A stretch of DNA of 64,000 bases from Pseudomonadota bacterium (GCA_041168905.1 JBEEJZ010000027.1:8005-72004), one strand, 5' to 3'. Shown: positions 53,009 through 62,432, counted from the stretch's first letter. The notes: generated by a model from the letters alone, not told the origin. Program-made: numbers and translations.

Positions 53009-54676
53009 ATGGCCAAGAATTACAGCTTTGTGGGCGGCTTGATTGCCGCAGCCCTTTTCTCTGGTGCACAGGCCCAGGGCATCGATGCACTCAAGCAGGA
53101 TGCTGCAACGCCCGGCGATGTGCTCACTTACGGTATGGGCTACAACAACCAACGCTACAGCCCGCTCAAGCAAATCAATGCAGGCAACGTGAGCAAGCTG
53201 CAGCCAGCCTGGGCCTATAGCCTGAACAACCCGCAAGGCCAGGAGGCACAGCCCATCGTGCATGAAGGCGTGATGTACGTCACCACCCACAACACCACGA
53301 TTGCGCTGGACCCCATCTCAGGCAAACAGATCTGGAAAAATGAAATCGAGTTGCCGCAGGATGTGTTCAAGATGGCCTGCTGCGGCATTCTGAACCGCGG
53401 CGCTGCCATCATGGACGGCAAGATCTACCGCACCACGCTGGACGCCCACGTGATGGCCATCGACGCCAAAACTGGCAAGCAACTCTGGAAGAGCAAGGCG
53501 GCCAACTATCAGGACGGTCAGGCCATGACCGCAGCCCCCCTGATCGCTAACGGCGTGGTGATGACTGGCATTGCCGGTGGCGAATACGGAACCCGTGGCT
53601 TCATTGACGGCTGGGACCCAGCCACAGGCAAGCAACTCTGGCGCATTTACACCACCGCCGCCCCTGGTGAAAAAGGCGGCGACACCTGGCCCGGCGACAC
53701 GGCCATGAAGGGCGGCGCGCCCACCTGGCTGACCGGGGCCTACGACCCGGACCTGGACCTGGTGTACTGGGGCACCGGCAACGGTGGTCCCTGGAATGCG
53801 GAAGCACGCAAAGGCGACAACCTGTACATCGCCTCGGTGCTGGCTTTCCGCCCCAAGACGGGTGAGATGGTCTGGCACTACCAGTTCAGCCCCAACGATC
53901 TCTATGACTATGACGCCACCGAAGTCGGCATGCTGGTGGACATGAAGATCGACGGCAAGGACCGCAAGGTGCTGGCACAGGCCAACCGCAACGGTTTCTT
54001 CTATGTGCTGGACCGCGCCAACGGCAAGCTGTTGGCCGCCAACCCCTACGTCAAGGTCAACTGGGCCGACAAGATCGACATGGCCACAGGCAGGCCGGTG
54101 GAGTCTGACGTGTCCAAGCGCATTCGCGCTGGCGCGGACCTGGAGGTCTTCCCGTCGGTGCTGGGCGGCAAAAACTGGAGCCCCATGTCCTGGAACCCGG
54201 CCACCGGCCTGGCTTATGCCAACACGCTCAACATCAGCTGGCCCTACCAGCTGGTCAAGCCCGAGTACAAAAAAGGCGAGTGGTATCTGGGCGTGAACTT
54301 CCGCGGCGTCACCATGCCGAAGGACCAGCCCCACGGCTACCTGAGCGCCATCGACCCCATGACGGGCAAGAGCAAGTGGCAGCTGGCCTGGCCAGGTCAG
54401 CCCAGCATGGCGGGCACCTTGTCCACGGCCGGTGATCTGGTCTTCACAGGCGCCGCCACGGGCGAGTTCATTGCGGTGGATGCCAACACCGGCAAGAAGC
54501 TCTGGCAGTTCCAGACCAGCTCCGGCATCATTGGTCTGCCCATCACTTGGGAGCACAAAGGCAAACAGTACGTAACGGTGCTGTCGGGTGCCGGCGGCGT
54601 GTGGGCACTGTTGGGTGACGAGCGCATGGGCAACGTGCCCGCAGGCGGCTCAGTCTGGACCTTCGCACTCAACTGA
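53009..54676 (+). CDS. PQQ-dependent dehydrogenase, methanol/ethanol family
   Basis: Start at MAKNYSFVGGLIAAALFSGAQAQG (AGGAGA RBS upstream). Vicinal Cys124-Cys125 (MACCG). GGEYG Glu, WGTGN Asn, and D300-Y-D302. Eight-bladed propeller W-motifs. Confidence 0.9.
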   Translation: MAKNYSFVGGLIAAALFSGAQAQGIDALKQDAATPGDVLTYGMGYNNQRYSPLKQINAGNVSKLQPAWAYSLNNPQGQEAQPIVHEGVMYVTTHNTTIALDPISGKQIWKNEIELPQDVFKMACCGILNRGAAIMDGKIYRTTLDAHVMAIDAKTGKQLWKSKAANYQDGQAMTAAPLIANGVVMTGIAGGEYGTRGFIDGWDPATGKQLWRIYTTAAPGEKGGDTWPGDTAMKGGAPTWLTGAYDPDLDLVYWGTGNGGPWNAEARKGDNLYIASVLAFRPKTGEMVWHYQFSPNDLYDYDATEVGMLVDMKIDGKDRKVLAQANRNGFFYVLDRANGKLLAANPYVKVNWADKIDMATGRPVESDVSKRIRAGADLEVFPSVLGGKNWSPMSWNPATGLAYANTLNISWPYQLVKPEYKKGEWYLGVNFRGVTMPKDQPHGYLSAIDPMTGKSKWQLAWPGQPSMAGTLSTAGDLVFTGAATGEFIAVDANTGKKLWQFQTSSGIIGLPITWEHKGKQYVTVLSGAGGVWALLGDERMGNVPAGGSVWTFALN

Positions 54677-55005
54677 TGATGCGGGCCAGCTTGCTACTGG
54701 CGTGCTGTGCAGCCCTGGCCGGGGCTGCACACGCGCAAGACGCGCCGCGCTTTGTGGTGGACGAGATCAACCAGGGAAACACGCTGTTTCACCGCACCTG
54801 TGCGCAGTGCCACGGGCGCAACATGGTCAACTCGGGCACCACCACCTACGACCTGCGGCGCTTTCCAGTCGATCAACCTGAGCGCTTCATTCAATCGGTG
54901 ACCCAAGGCAAAGGCAATATGCCTTCGTTCAAGGACGCTTTGACTTCTGAAGAAATTCGCAAATTGTGGGCCTACGTCGGCTCGCGTGGCGGCAAGGAGC
55001 CCTGA
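54676..55005 (+). CDS. Monoheme c-type cytochrome (likely electron acceptor of the dehydrogenase)
   Basis: 109 aa with a signal peptide, CAQCHG heme motif and a distal Met (GNMPSF). The start overlaps the dehydrogenase stop (TGATG). Confidence 0.85.
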   Translation: MMRASLLLACCAALAGAAHAQDAPRFVVDEINQGNTLFHRTCAQCHGRNMVNSGTTTYDLRRFPVDQPERFIQSVTQGKGNMPSFKDALTSEEIRKLWAYVGSRGGKEP

Positions 55006-55009
55006 ACCC

Positions 55010-55945
55010 ATGCAACGTTCTGCATTCCAAACCCGTTGGCGCCGACGCCTGAGCGCATGGGCCTTGCTCATGGCGGGGTGCGGCCTGGTGGCTGCCGAGC
55101 CGCTGAAGGTGTGCGTCAGCGAGGACAGCCCACCCCAGTCGCGCGTGAGCAAAGGCAAAGCCAGCGGCCTGGATGTTCGACTGGCGGAAGCGGTCGCGGC
55201 TACGCTGGGCAGACCACTCACCATCGTGCCATTCGAGACGGAATTCGAGAAAGAATCCACCCTCACGCAAGAGGTCAACGCGCTGCTGTCCGCAGGGGTG
55301 TGTGACCTGGTCAGCGGTTTTCCGCTGCTGCAGTCTGACCTGGGACCGGCCAGCCGGCCTTCAGCCCGCACGCCGGACTACCCGGGCGCCAAACGCAAAC
55401 GGGAACGTCCATTCGTGCCCCTGGGTGAATTGGTGGCCAGCAAGGCCTATCAGGCGGCCACGCTCGGTGTCGTGCTGCGTGCAGGCCAGCCCCCCGTGTC
55501 TGGCCTCATGGATCTGCAGGGCCGCAAGGTAGGAGCGGTGACTGGCACCTTGGCGGGCACCCTGGTCAGTTTGTATCGCAACGGCGCCTTACGTGGCGGC
55601 ATGGTGAGCTTGTCGCAACGCGAGAGCGCCTGGTCTGCGCTGGAAAGCGGGCGCATCGACGCCCTGATTTTGCCGACCGAGGCCTTTGACGCCCATCGCT
55701 TGCAAGCCCCCGCCAGCGACCTGACCTTGGCCACCTACCAGCGCCCCATCGGCGTTAACCTGGGCTTTGTCACGCTGGCATCGGCACCGGCTGATCTTCT
55801 CCAGGGCACGAACAGGGTGTTGTCCCAAGTGATGGCAGACGGGCGACTGAAGCAATGGGCGCGTGAAGAAGGTTTGAGCTGGCACCCGCCCAGTCTGCCG
55901 GAAGTCTCGCCCGGCCCGACCCTGGTCAGCCTGGTCAGCGACTGA
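55010..55945 (+). CDS. MxaJ/XoxJ-like periplasmic binding protein (family 3 SBP associated with PQQ dehydrogenases)
   Basis: Start at MQRSAFQTRWRRRLSAWALLMAGCGLVAAEPLKVCV, then an SBP_bac_3-like sequence. Positioned third after the dehydrogenase and cytochrome genes. Confidence 0.7.
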   Translation: MQRSAFQTRWRRRLSAWALLMAGCGLVAAEPLKVCVSEDSPPQSRVSKGKASGLDVRLAEAVAATLGRPLTIVPFETEFEKESTLTQEVNALLSAGVCDLVSGFPLLQSDLGPASRPSARTPDYPGAKRKRERPFVPLGELVASKAYQAATLGVVLRAGQPPVSGLMDLQGRKVGAVTGTLAGTLVSLYRNGALRGGMVSLSQRESAWSALESGRIDALILPTEAFDAHRLQAPASDLTLATYQRPIGVNLGFVTLASAPADLLQGTNRVLSQVMADGRLKQWAREEGLSWHPPSLPEVSPGPTLVSLVSD

Positions 55946-55959
55946 TGACAGTCGGGGCG

Positions 55960-56460
55960 TCAGACCCCCGACGCCCCCAGAAAACAGCACAGGCTGGCCA
56001 CGATCGTCAGGCGAAACCGCAGCGTGAGCCAACCGTTCATGTGGAACAGCCGGTACTGCTTGCGGTCGACCAGGTAGCAGGCCATCAGCAAGAAGCCCAG
56101 CACGACCAGCCCGGCCCACGGGGGCATGATCACGGCCACCGCCGCCACCAGACTGGGGACCACGCCCCAGACAAAAGGGAAGAGTGGCGAGGTCTGACCG
56201 TCGCGCATGGCCAGCCCCCAGTAAATGCCCCCTAAAAAGCTGGCGATGACAGCGGCATAGGCCGCCAGACCGAGCATGGCAAAAGGCGTGAGGTCGTGGC
56301 TGACCAACCAGACCGTCAAAGCCCCGATCACAAAAGGTGCCAGACCGGCATAACCCAGGCGCAAGGCCCACAGGGGTGGCTCCGAACGGGTGTGCATCGA
56401 CGGCGGATCATGGCGGGTTTGGGACGTAGCGGCGGGGGTGGGAGCAGAGGCAGATTTCAA
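55960..56460 (-). CDS. DUF3429 family membrane protein
   Basis: 166 aa with about 4-5 TM segments. Contains PPLWALRLGYAGLAPFV...FLGGIYWGLAM. Last gene of the photolyase-like operon. Confidence 0.7.
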   Translation of the reverse strand: MKSASAPTPAATSQTRHDPPSMHTRSEPPLWALRLGYAGLAPFVIGALTVWLVSHDLTPFAMLGLAAYAAVIASFLGGIYWGLAMRDGQTSPLFPFVWGVVPSLVAAVAVIMPPWAGLVVLGFLLMACYLVDRKQYRLFHMNGWLTLRFRLTIVASLCCFLGASGV

Positions 56461-57785
56461 AACAGGGTCTCCTGGCAGGGCAAGGCGCAGAGGGTATCAA
56501 AAGAGCCCGCACGCTTGCGCACGGCCGAGTAGTAGCGGCTGAACGAGCTGCAGAACATGTCTGGTTCGGCAAACAAAGGTGCGTCTACCAGCGGCAGGCA
56601 CCCCGCAGGCGGTAAAGCCATGGTCTGAGCAATATCGCTGTAACCTGGCTGCAACACCGGCGCCAGGTGCACGGACCTGGCGGCACGCAGATCCAGCTGT
56701 TGAACGTCTCCCGCCCAAAGCAGGTCGCAAGTCTGCGCCATGGCCTGCAGCACAAAGGACCAGCGGCGGTTCGACCAAGGCCAGGCTGTGTGGGCCGGGC
56801 CGTGAATGAAGCCCAGGTGTAGGGGGCGTTGGGGGCCCGGAATTTCCCGAGTGGCCTGGTCATCTGGCGGCGTCAACCCCATTCCGATGGACCAGGGATG
56901 AACCAGCACCACGTCACGACCCGCGATCTGCGCCAGCACAGGCAGGTGTTCTGCACCGCAAGCACTCAGCACATCCGCCGGCGGCTGCGCCAGCAGGATG
57001 GGTTCCTGCACACCCGGATGCGACCCCGGCTGAGGACCGACATCGCCTTGATGGCGGGCGATTTCTTCGAGGGCCTGGTAACTTTGATCGATCACCGTGC
57101 CGGGGCTGTGCCAGGCTGAGCTTGCCGCCGGCGCATAGCGGGCCACGTTCTCGGCATTGAAAAGATAAGGCTTGATGGAAAACGTACCAGCCACCCACTG
57201 CCAGCTCAGGTGGTTGGACGCGAGATCGCCATCGAGCAAATGGCCGTAAAGCCAGTCAGCCCCGGCCCGCCAATGAACCTTGCGCATATGCACCACATAG
57301 CTGGCCAGCCACATGCGTGCGTGGTTGTGCAGGTAGCCCGTGGCATACAAGGTGCGCACGGCCGCATCGATGGCTGCTACCCCGGTACGTCCTTCGCGGA
57401 TGTCGGCGGGCACAACCTCGGCGTAATGCCCAAGCCAGACAGGTGGGCTGCGCAAGTCGCTGAAGATGGCGCGCCCACCGTCAGCGGCATGTCGCCAGAC
57501 ATGGTGATAAAAGGATCGCCATGCCCATTCGGCGACCAGCTTGTCATCGAAGCTCAGCGCGTGGTGGTGTGCGACTTGCGTGGCCGCTTCCCGCAAGCTG
57601 AGCAGGCCGTGGGTGAAATAGGGCGACAAGCCCGACGCCGCCCCATCGAGTGCGTTGCGGGTGCGCGCGTACTGACCTGGGTGCACGCTGGCCAAGCGAG
57701 CCCGGGCCGCCGCCCGCGTGGGCACAAAGTCCCTCAAGTGCAAGGGCACAGCCAAGGAGTCGAGCAGCGCTGTGACGGTTGTCAT
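56457..57785 (-). CDS. Photolyase FAD-binding-domain protein lacking the N-terminal antenna domain, with a C-terminal domain of about 200 aa and unknown function
   Basis: 442 aa. aa ~35-230 read YARTRNALDGAASGLSPYFTHGLLS...TGYLHNHARMWLASYVV...LLDGDLASNHLSWQWVAG (FAD_binding_7-like). The remainder is not recognisable. Confidence 0.75.
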   Translation of the reverse strand: MTTVTALLDSLAVPLHLRDFVPTRAAARARLASVHPGQYARTRNALDGAASGLSPYFTHGLLSLREAATQVAHHHALSFDDKLVAEWAWRSFYHHVWRHAADGGRAIFSDLRSPPVWLGHYAEVVPADIREGRTGVAAIDAAVRTLYATGYLHNHARMWLASYVVHMRKVHWRAGADWLYGHLLDGDLASNHLSWQWVAGTFSIKPYLFNAENVARYAPAASSAWHSPGTVIDQSYQALEEIARHQGDVGPQPGSHPGVQEPILLAQPPADVLSACGAEHLPVLAQIAGRDVVLVHPWSIGMGLTPPDDQATREIPGPQRPLHLGFIHGPAHTAWPWSNRRWSFVLQAMAQTCDLLWAGDVQQLDLRAARSVHLAPVLQPGYSDIAQTMALPPAGCLPLVDAPLFAEPDMFCSSFSRYYSAVRKRAGSFDTLCALPCQETLF

Positions 57786-58009
57786 CTGGGTCCTGTGGAT
57801 TTTTTGAGTTCGTGAGAGACGGTGCGTGGGTCACCCAGACGGCGGCAGGCTTCACTGCAGTATTTGACCGACTCCCAGTTTTTGGCCCAGCTTTTGCGCC
57901 ACACCATGTCACGACCGCAGGCCACGCAGGGTTTCACCGGCAGGTACTGCTTATTGCCCCTGAAGCCGGCAGATGCCCCATGGGTTGCGTTGCCTGTTTT
58001 GCGGCTCAT
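57782..58009 (-). CDS. DUF2256 zinc-ribbon protein
   Basis: 75 aa. Contains KPCVACGRDMVWRKSWAKNWESVKYCSEACRR (CxxC...CxxxC). 4-bp overlaps with both neighbours. Confidence 0.75.
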   Translation of the reverse strand: MSRKTGNATHGASAGFRGNKQYLPVKPCVACGRDMVWRKSWAKNWESVKYCSEACRRLGDPRTVSHELKKSTGPR

Positions 58010-59580
58010 GCGTCCGCCCCAAAACCAAACAAATCAGCCTGCCCGGGGTGCTGGGGCTCTGGCTTGGCACCCCGGGCCTTGGCGCGTGTGCCACTGGGCG
58101 GCAAGCCGGATTTGCGCGACCCATGGCGCTGCTGGATAGCGTCGGCCTCCTCGCGGGCCTGCGGTGTTTTGCGCAGCGGGTAAAGCTGATCCTTGGCCCA
58201 CTTCACGGCGGTTCGATCGTCCACAATGGGCAGCGGGTAGTCGGGGTGGCGGCCATCGTTCAGCAGCCAGGGCTGCGCCAGCAGCGGCAGCGGCACATGG
58301 CACAACTCGGGCACCCAACGGCGTATGAACCGGCCCTCGGGGTCATGCTCCTGAGCCTGCCGCGTGGGCGAGTAAATGCGCAAGGTGTTGATGCCGGTGG
58401 TGCCGCTTTGCATCTGCATCTGCGACCAATGGATGCCGGCTTCGAAATCGAGAAACTGGCGCGCCAGAAACAAGCCGGTGGGCCGCCAATGCAGCCACAG
58501 GTGGTACGACGCAAAACTCACGAGCATCGCACGCATGCGAAAGTTGAGCCAGCCGGTGGCGATCAGCGATCGCATGCAGGCATCCACCATGGGGTAACCC
58601 GTTTGGCCGGTGCACCAGGCGTCGAAGCGGCGCTGGGACTCGGCCGTCCAGGGCGCTGGCTCATCGCCGGGGCGAAGGCCGTCGTAGGCATGGGCGAAGT
58701 TCTGGTACTCGATGCGGGGCTCGTCTTCGAGCTTTTGCATGAAATGGCAGTGCCAGCGCAAGCGGCCAGCAAAGCCGCGCAGGCCATAGGCACGTTGGCG
58801 GTCTGCCGGATCGGCACTGGCAGCCGCCAGGGCAATGGCACGCTCGGTGGCCTGGTGCACGGCGCGCATGGACACCGTGCCAAACGCCAGGTGCGGGCTC
58901 AGGCGGCTGCAGCCCTCCTCAGCGGTCAGCGGGCTGGAAAGGGCACGACGGTAGTCTCGCCCCCGAAAGTTCAAGAAATCATGCAGGGTATTTAGGGCTG
59001 CGCTCTCGCCCCCGGACTGCACAGTGCAGCTAGGCACGGCCATGCCCAGGTCCTGTAGCGTGGGCAGCTCCCGCTGCTGCACCGGCACCTCGGGCACAGC
59101 CAAAAACGAGGTGGATGCCGGCAGCACCGGCATATCCATGCGCGCCTGCCAGGTGCGCGCCCAGGCATTGCGCGAGCGCAGGCGCCGCACCACACCGGTC
59201 TGGGGGAACTCTTGCCAGGGCACGCCGTGGGCCATACACCAGGCCCCCACGGCGCGGTCACGTTCATAACTCCAGCCCGGGCCAGTTTCTTCATGGCTCA
59301 GGATCTGGGTCAGTCCCAGGCGCTGATGCAAGCGTGCCAGCAAAGGCAGCACCGATCCCACACGCACCACCAGCGGCAGGCCGCGCTCGGCCAGATTACG
59401 GCGCAACTCACGCAGGCAATCCAGTACAAAGGCCAGGTGGCGGGCATCACACTCGGGGCTGGCCAGCCACTCGGTCTCGATGACATACAGGCCCAGCGCA
59501 TGCCCAGAGCGGGCGGCGGCATCCAGCGGCGCGTGGTCGCTCACCCTCAAATCCCGCTTGAACCAGACCAGTGATGTCAT
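58006..59580 (-). CDS. Cryptochrome/photolyase family protein (full length)
   Basis: Start at MTSLVWFKRDLRVSDHAPL (the classic photolyase N-terminus), giving 524 aa. FAD domain TGYPMVDACMRSLIATGWLNFRMRAMLVSF. Basic C-terminal tail. No CxxC Fe-S motif seen. Confidence 0.85.
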   Translation of the reverse strand: MTSLVWFKRDLRVSDHAPLDAAARSGHALGLYVIETEWLASPECDARHLAFVLDCLRELRRNLAERGLPLVVRVGSVLPLLARLHQRLGLTQILSHEETGPGWSYERDRAVGAWCMAHGVPWQEFPQTGVVRRLRSRNAWARTWQARMDMPVLPASTSFLAVPEVPVQQRELPTLQDLGMAVPSCTVQSGGESAALNTLHDFLNFRGRDYRRALSSPLTAEEGCSRLSPHLAFGTVSMRAVHQATERAIALAAASADPADRQRAYGLRGFAGRLRWHCHFMQKLEDEPRIEYQNFAHAYDGLRPGDEPAPWTAESQRRFDAWCTGQTGYPMVDACMRSLIATGWLNFRMRAMLVSFASYHLWLHWRPTGLFLARQFLDFEAGIHWSQMQMQSGTTGINTLRIYSPTRQAQEHDPEGRFIRRWVPELCHVPLPLLAQPWLLNDGRHPDYPLPIVDDRTAVKWAKDQLYPLRKTPQAREEADAIQQRHGSRKSGLPPSGTRAKARGAKPEPQHPGQADLFGFGADA

Positions 59581-59836
59581 GGCGGCGCAGTGTAGGGGCG
59601 AGGTTATTGCGGCGCTGGTGGCCCTGCTCAAAACCCTTTGGACCAACATCTGCCACGCGCGAGTTCAAGTCCTGCACCAAGCTGTCATAAGATTCCGGCC
59701 TTACCAGCCGCTTTGTCCATGGCGCAACTTTCCCCGGAACTGCGCCCCCACGACCTTTATGCCACCTGCCCGTCCTTCTGCAACGCCCACTGGCAGCGCA
59801 CCCGCCTCACCGGCTTCGAGCCCGCGAGACCGGCGC

Positions 59837-60832
59837 ATGCTAATGGCCGACATTGCGCGGCTGGCGGGCGTGTCCACCTCGACGGTGTCACGCGCACTCA
59901 GTGGCAACCCTCTGATCAAAGCCGAGACCCGCGAGCGCATTGCCGAACTGGCGCGTTCCATGAACTACCAGATCAACGTCGGCGCGGCCAATCTGCGCAA
60001 GCGTGATGTGCAAACCGTGGCAGTCGCAGTCATGGGCGACAGCCTGCAAATGATTTCAGACCCCTTTATCCTCAGTCTGGTGGGCCACATCGCTGACGAA
60101 CTGGATCAGCGCGGCATGAGTCTGCTGTTGAGCCGGGTCACGGTGGAACGTCAGCACATGCTTGCAACGCTGGTGGAAAGCGGACAGGTCGCCGGGCTGT
60201 TGGTGGTGGGGCAAATGACCTGTCATGACTACCTCAATGAGCTGGCCAGCCGGGGCATCCCGATGGTGGTGTGGGGTGCTGGCCTGCCCGACACGCGCTA
60301 CGCCATTGTGGGCGGCGACAACGAGCAAGGCGGCTACCTTGCCACGCGCCACTTGCTGGAGCAGGGTTGCCAGGAAATTGCATTTTTGGGAGATGTGACC
60401 CACCCCGAAGTCATGCTGCGCCACGACGGCTACGCCCGTGCATTGGCTGAGCGGGGTCTGCGGCCCGACCCGTTGATTTACAAGCCGATCCTCTTTCAGG
60501 ACAGTGAGCTACGACAGGCCATTGGCGACTGGGTCGCGCAAGGCATCCGCTTCGATGGCGTTTTTGCGACCAGTGACGTGGCGGCCATGTCGGTGATTGC
60601 AGCAGTGAGCGAGCGTGGCATGCAGGTACCGCGCGATGTCAAGGTGGTGGGTTACGACGATGTGGCGATGTCCGCCCACCTGCATCCGTCCATCACCTCT
60701 GTGCGACAACCCACCGAGCTCGCAGCAAGCACCATGGTGCGCATGTTGTTCGACTTGCTGGCAGAGGAACACCCCGGCGCCGTGGTGCTACCGGCCCAGC
60801 TCATCCAGCGTGACAGCAGCATGCGGCTGTGA
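59837..60832 (+). CDS. LacI family transcriptional regulator
   Basis: Start at MLMADIARLAGVSTSTVSRALSG. The track ORF's upstream 119 codons are antisense to the photolyase gene. Periplasmic-binding-protein-like effector domain. Confidence 0.88.
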   Translation: MLMADIARLAGVSTSTVSRALSGNPLIKAETRERIAELARSMNYQINVGAANLRKRDVQTVAVAVMGDSLQMISDPFILSLVGHIADELDQRGMSLLLSRVTVERQHMLATLVESGQVAGLLVVGQMTCHDYLNELASRGIPMVVWGAGLPDTRYAIVGGDNEQGGYLATRHLLEQGCQEIAFLGDVTHPEVMLRHDGYARALAERGLRPDPLIYKPILFQDSELRQAIGDWVAQGIRFDGVFATSDVAAMSVIAAVSERGMQVPRDVKVVGYDDVAMSAHLHPSITSVRQPTELAASTMVRMLFDLLAEEHPGAVVLPAQLIQRDSSMRL

Positions 60833-60925
60833 GGCCGCGGCGTCGCAAGGCCGACAACACTCTCGGTAACAAAATTACATTTTTGAGCGCAAAATATTTT
60901 CATGAGTTACGGGTTTTCCCTAGTA

Positions 60926-60939
60926 TGCAATCGTTTGCA
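60926..60939. promoter_or_regulatory. LacI-family operator candidate TGCAATCGTTTGCA
   Basis: Matches the TGNAANCGNTTNCA family pattern. Lies between lacI and the sugar ABC operon, 128 bp upstream of the SBP start. Confidence 0.6.
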
Positions 60940-61066
60940 ATTTTGGTGAAATTCAGTTCGCAGTCAGCTTGAAGCGAGCGCCTGAAGGGGAATTCCTCCC
61001 CCGAGACGTTCAGGCGCCAAGCACAGACCGCGTATTTCAAACTGAACCTAGCTGGAGAACTCCTTC

Positions 61067-62332
61067 ATGAAAATTACCTTTAAGGCTGCCCTGTTGGCCA
61101 TGGCTGTGCCCTTCGCGATGACGGCCGTGCAAGCCGCCACCGTGACCATCTCCTGCGGCACCAGCGGCCAGGACTACGAAACCTGCAAAAAACACGCTGA
61201 TGCCTGGGCTGCCAAAACCGGCAACACCGTGAAGATGTTCTCCCCACCCAACAACACGACCGACAGCCTGGCTCTGTACCGTCAGTTGTTCGCCGCCAAG
61301 TCCACCGACGTGGACGTCATGATGATTGACGTGGTGTGGCCTGGTGTGATCAAGGATCACCTGGTTGACCTGAAGAAATACTCCAAGGGCGCCGAGAAAA
61401 ACCATTTCCCCGCCATCGTGGCCAACAACACCGTCGGTGGCAAGCTGCTGGGCATGCCCTGGTTCACCGATGCAGGCTTGCTGTTCTACCGTAAAGACCT
61501 GGTGGCCAAGTACAACCTGAAGGCCCCCGGTTCATGGGAAGACCTGGCTGCCGCAGCCGCCAAGATTCAAGACGGCGAGCGCGCCGCCGGCAACAAGGAC
61601 TTCCAGGGCTTCGTGTTCCAGGCCAAGGCCTACGAAGGCCTGACCTGCGACGCCCTGGAGTGGGTGTACAGCTACGGCGGTGGCTCCATCATTGAAAGCG
61701 ACGGCAAGATCTCCATCAACAACGCCAACGCTGCCAAGGCTTTGGACACCGCTGCTTCCTGGATTGGCAAGATCGCTCCCCAGGGCGTGTTGAACTATGG
61801 TGAAGAAGACGCCCGTGGCGTGTGGCAAGCCGGCAATGCCGCTTTCATGCGCAACTGGCCTTACGCCTGGTCCTTGGGCAACAAGGACGACAGCCCCATC
61901 AAGGGCAAGATTGGCGTTGCCGCACTGCCCAAGGGTGGCGCAAATGGCAAGAACGCAGCCACTCTGGGTGGCTGGCAACTGGCCGTGAGCAAGTACTCCA
62001 AGGTAGAAAAAGAAGCTGCCGACCTGGCCATGTACATGACCAGCCCGGAAGTGCAGAAAGACCGCGCCATCAACGGTTCTTACAACCCCACCATCCCGTC
62101 CCTGTACAAGGACAAGGATGTGTTGGCCGCCAACCCCTTCATGGGCGACTTGTATGACGTGTTCACCAGCGCTGTGGCTCGCCCAGCAACCGTGACCGGC
62201 CTGAAGTACCCTGAAGTTTCCAACGCCTTCTGGGATGCAACCCATGAAGTGCTGTCTGGCAAGACCAAGGGCGACGCCGCTGTCAAGAAACTGGAAGGCA
62301 AGCTCAAGCAAATCACCCGCACCAAGGGTTGA
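61067..62332 (+). CDS. Sugar ABC transporter substrate-binding protein (CUT1 family)
   Basis: 421 aa with a signal peptide ([23 protein letters not shown]) and an SBP_bac_1-like sequence. Confidence 0.88.
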   Translation: MKITFKAALLAMAVPFAMTAVQAATVTISCGTSGQDYETCKKHADAWAAKTGNTVKMFSPPNNTTDSLALYRQLFAAKSTDVDVMMIDVVWPGVIKDHLVDLKKYSKGAEKNHFPAIVANNTVGGKLLGMPWFTDAGLLFYRKDLVAKYNLKAPGSWEDLAAAAAKIQDGERAAGNKDFQGFVFQAKAYEGLTCDALEWVYSYGGGSIIESDGKISINNANAAKALDTAASWIGKIAPQGVLNYGEEDARGVWQAGNAAFMRNWPYAWSLGNKDDSPIKGKIGVAALPKGGANGKNAATLGGWQLAVSKYSKVEKEAADLAMYMTSPEVQKDRAINGSYNPTIPSLYKDKDVLAANPFMGDLYDVFTSAVARPATVTGLKYPEVSNAFWDATHEVLSGKTKGDAAVKKLEGKLKQITRTKG

Positions 62333-62343
62333 TTCTTGAGTGG

Positions 62344-62365
62344 GCCAGCTTTTCAAGAAGCTGGC
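62344..62365 (+). terminator. Intercistronic hairpin (possible attenuator between the SBP and permease genes)
   Basis: GCCAGCTT-TTCAAG-AAGCTGGC (8-bp stem) followed by TTCAAAC, only a weak T-run. Begins 12 bp after the SBP stop. Confidence 0.35.
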
Positions 62366-62432
62366 TTCAAACACAGGGCGGCTGAGAACCTTCGGACTCA
62401 TCCGCCCTTTTCATTCCTTGAGAGATGACGTT

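Noticed and set aside
53318-54556. 412-aa minus-strand ORF
   Set aside because: Antisense to the PQQ dehydrogenase, which has multiple catalytic signatures.
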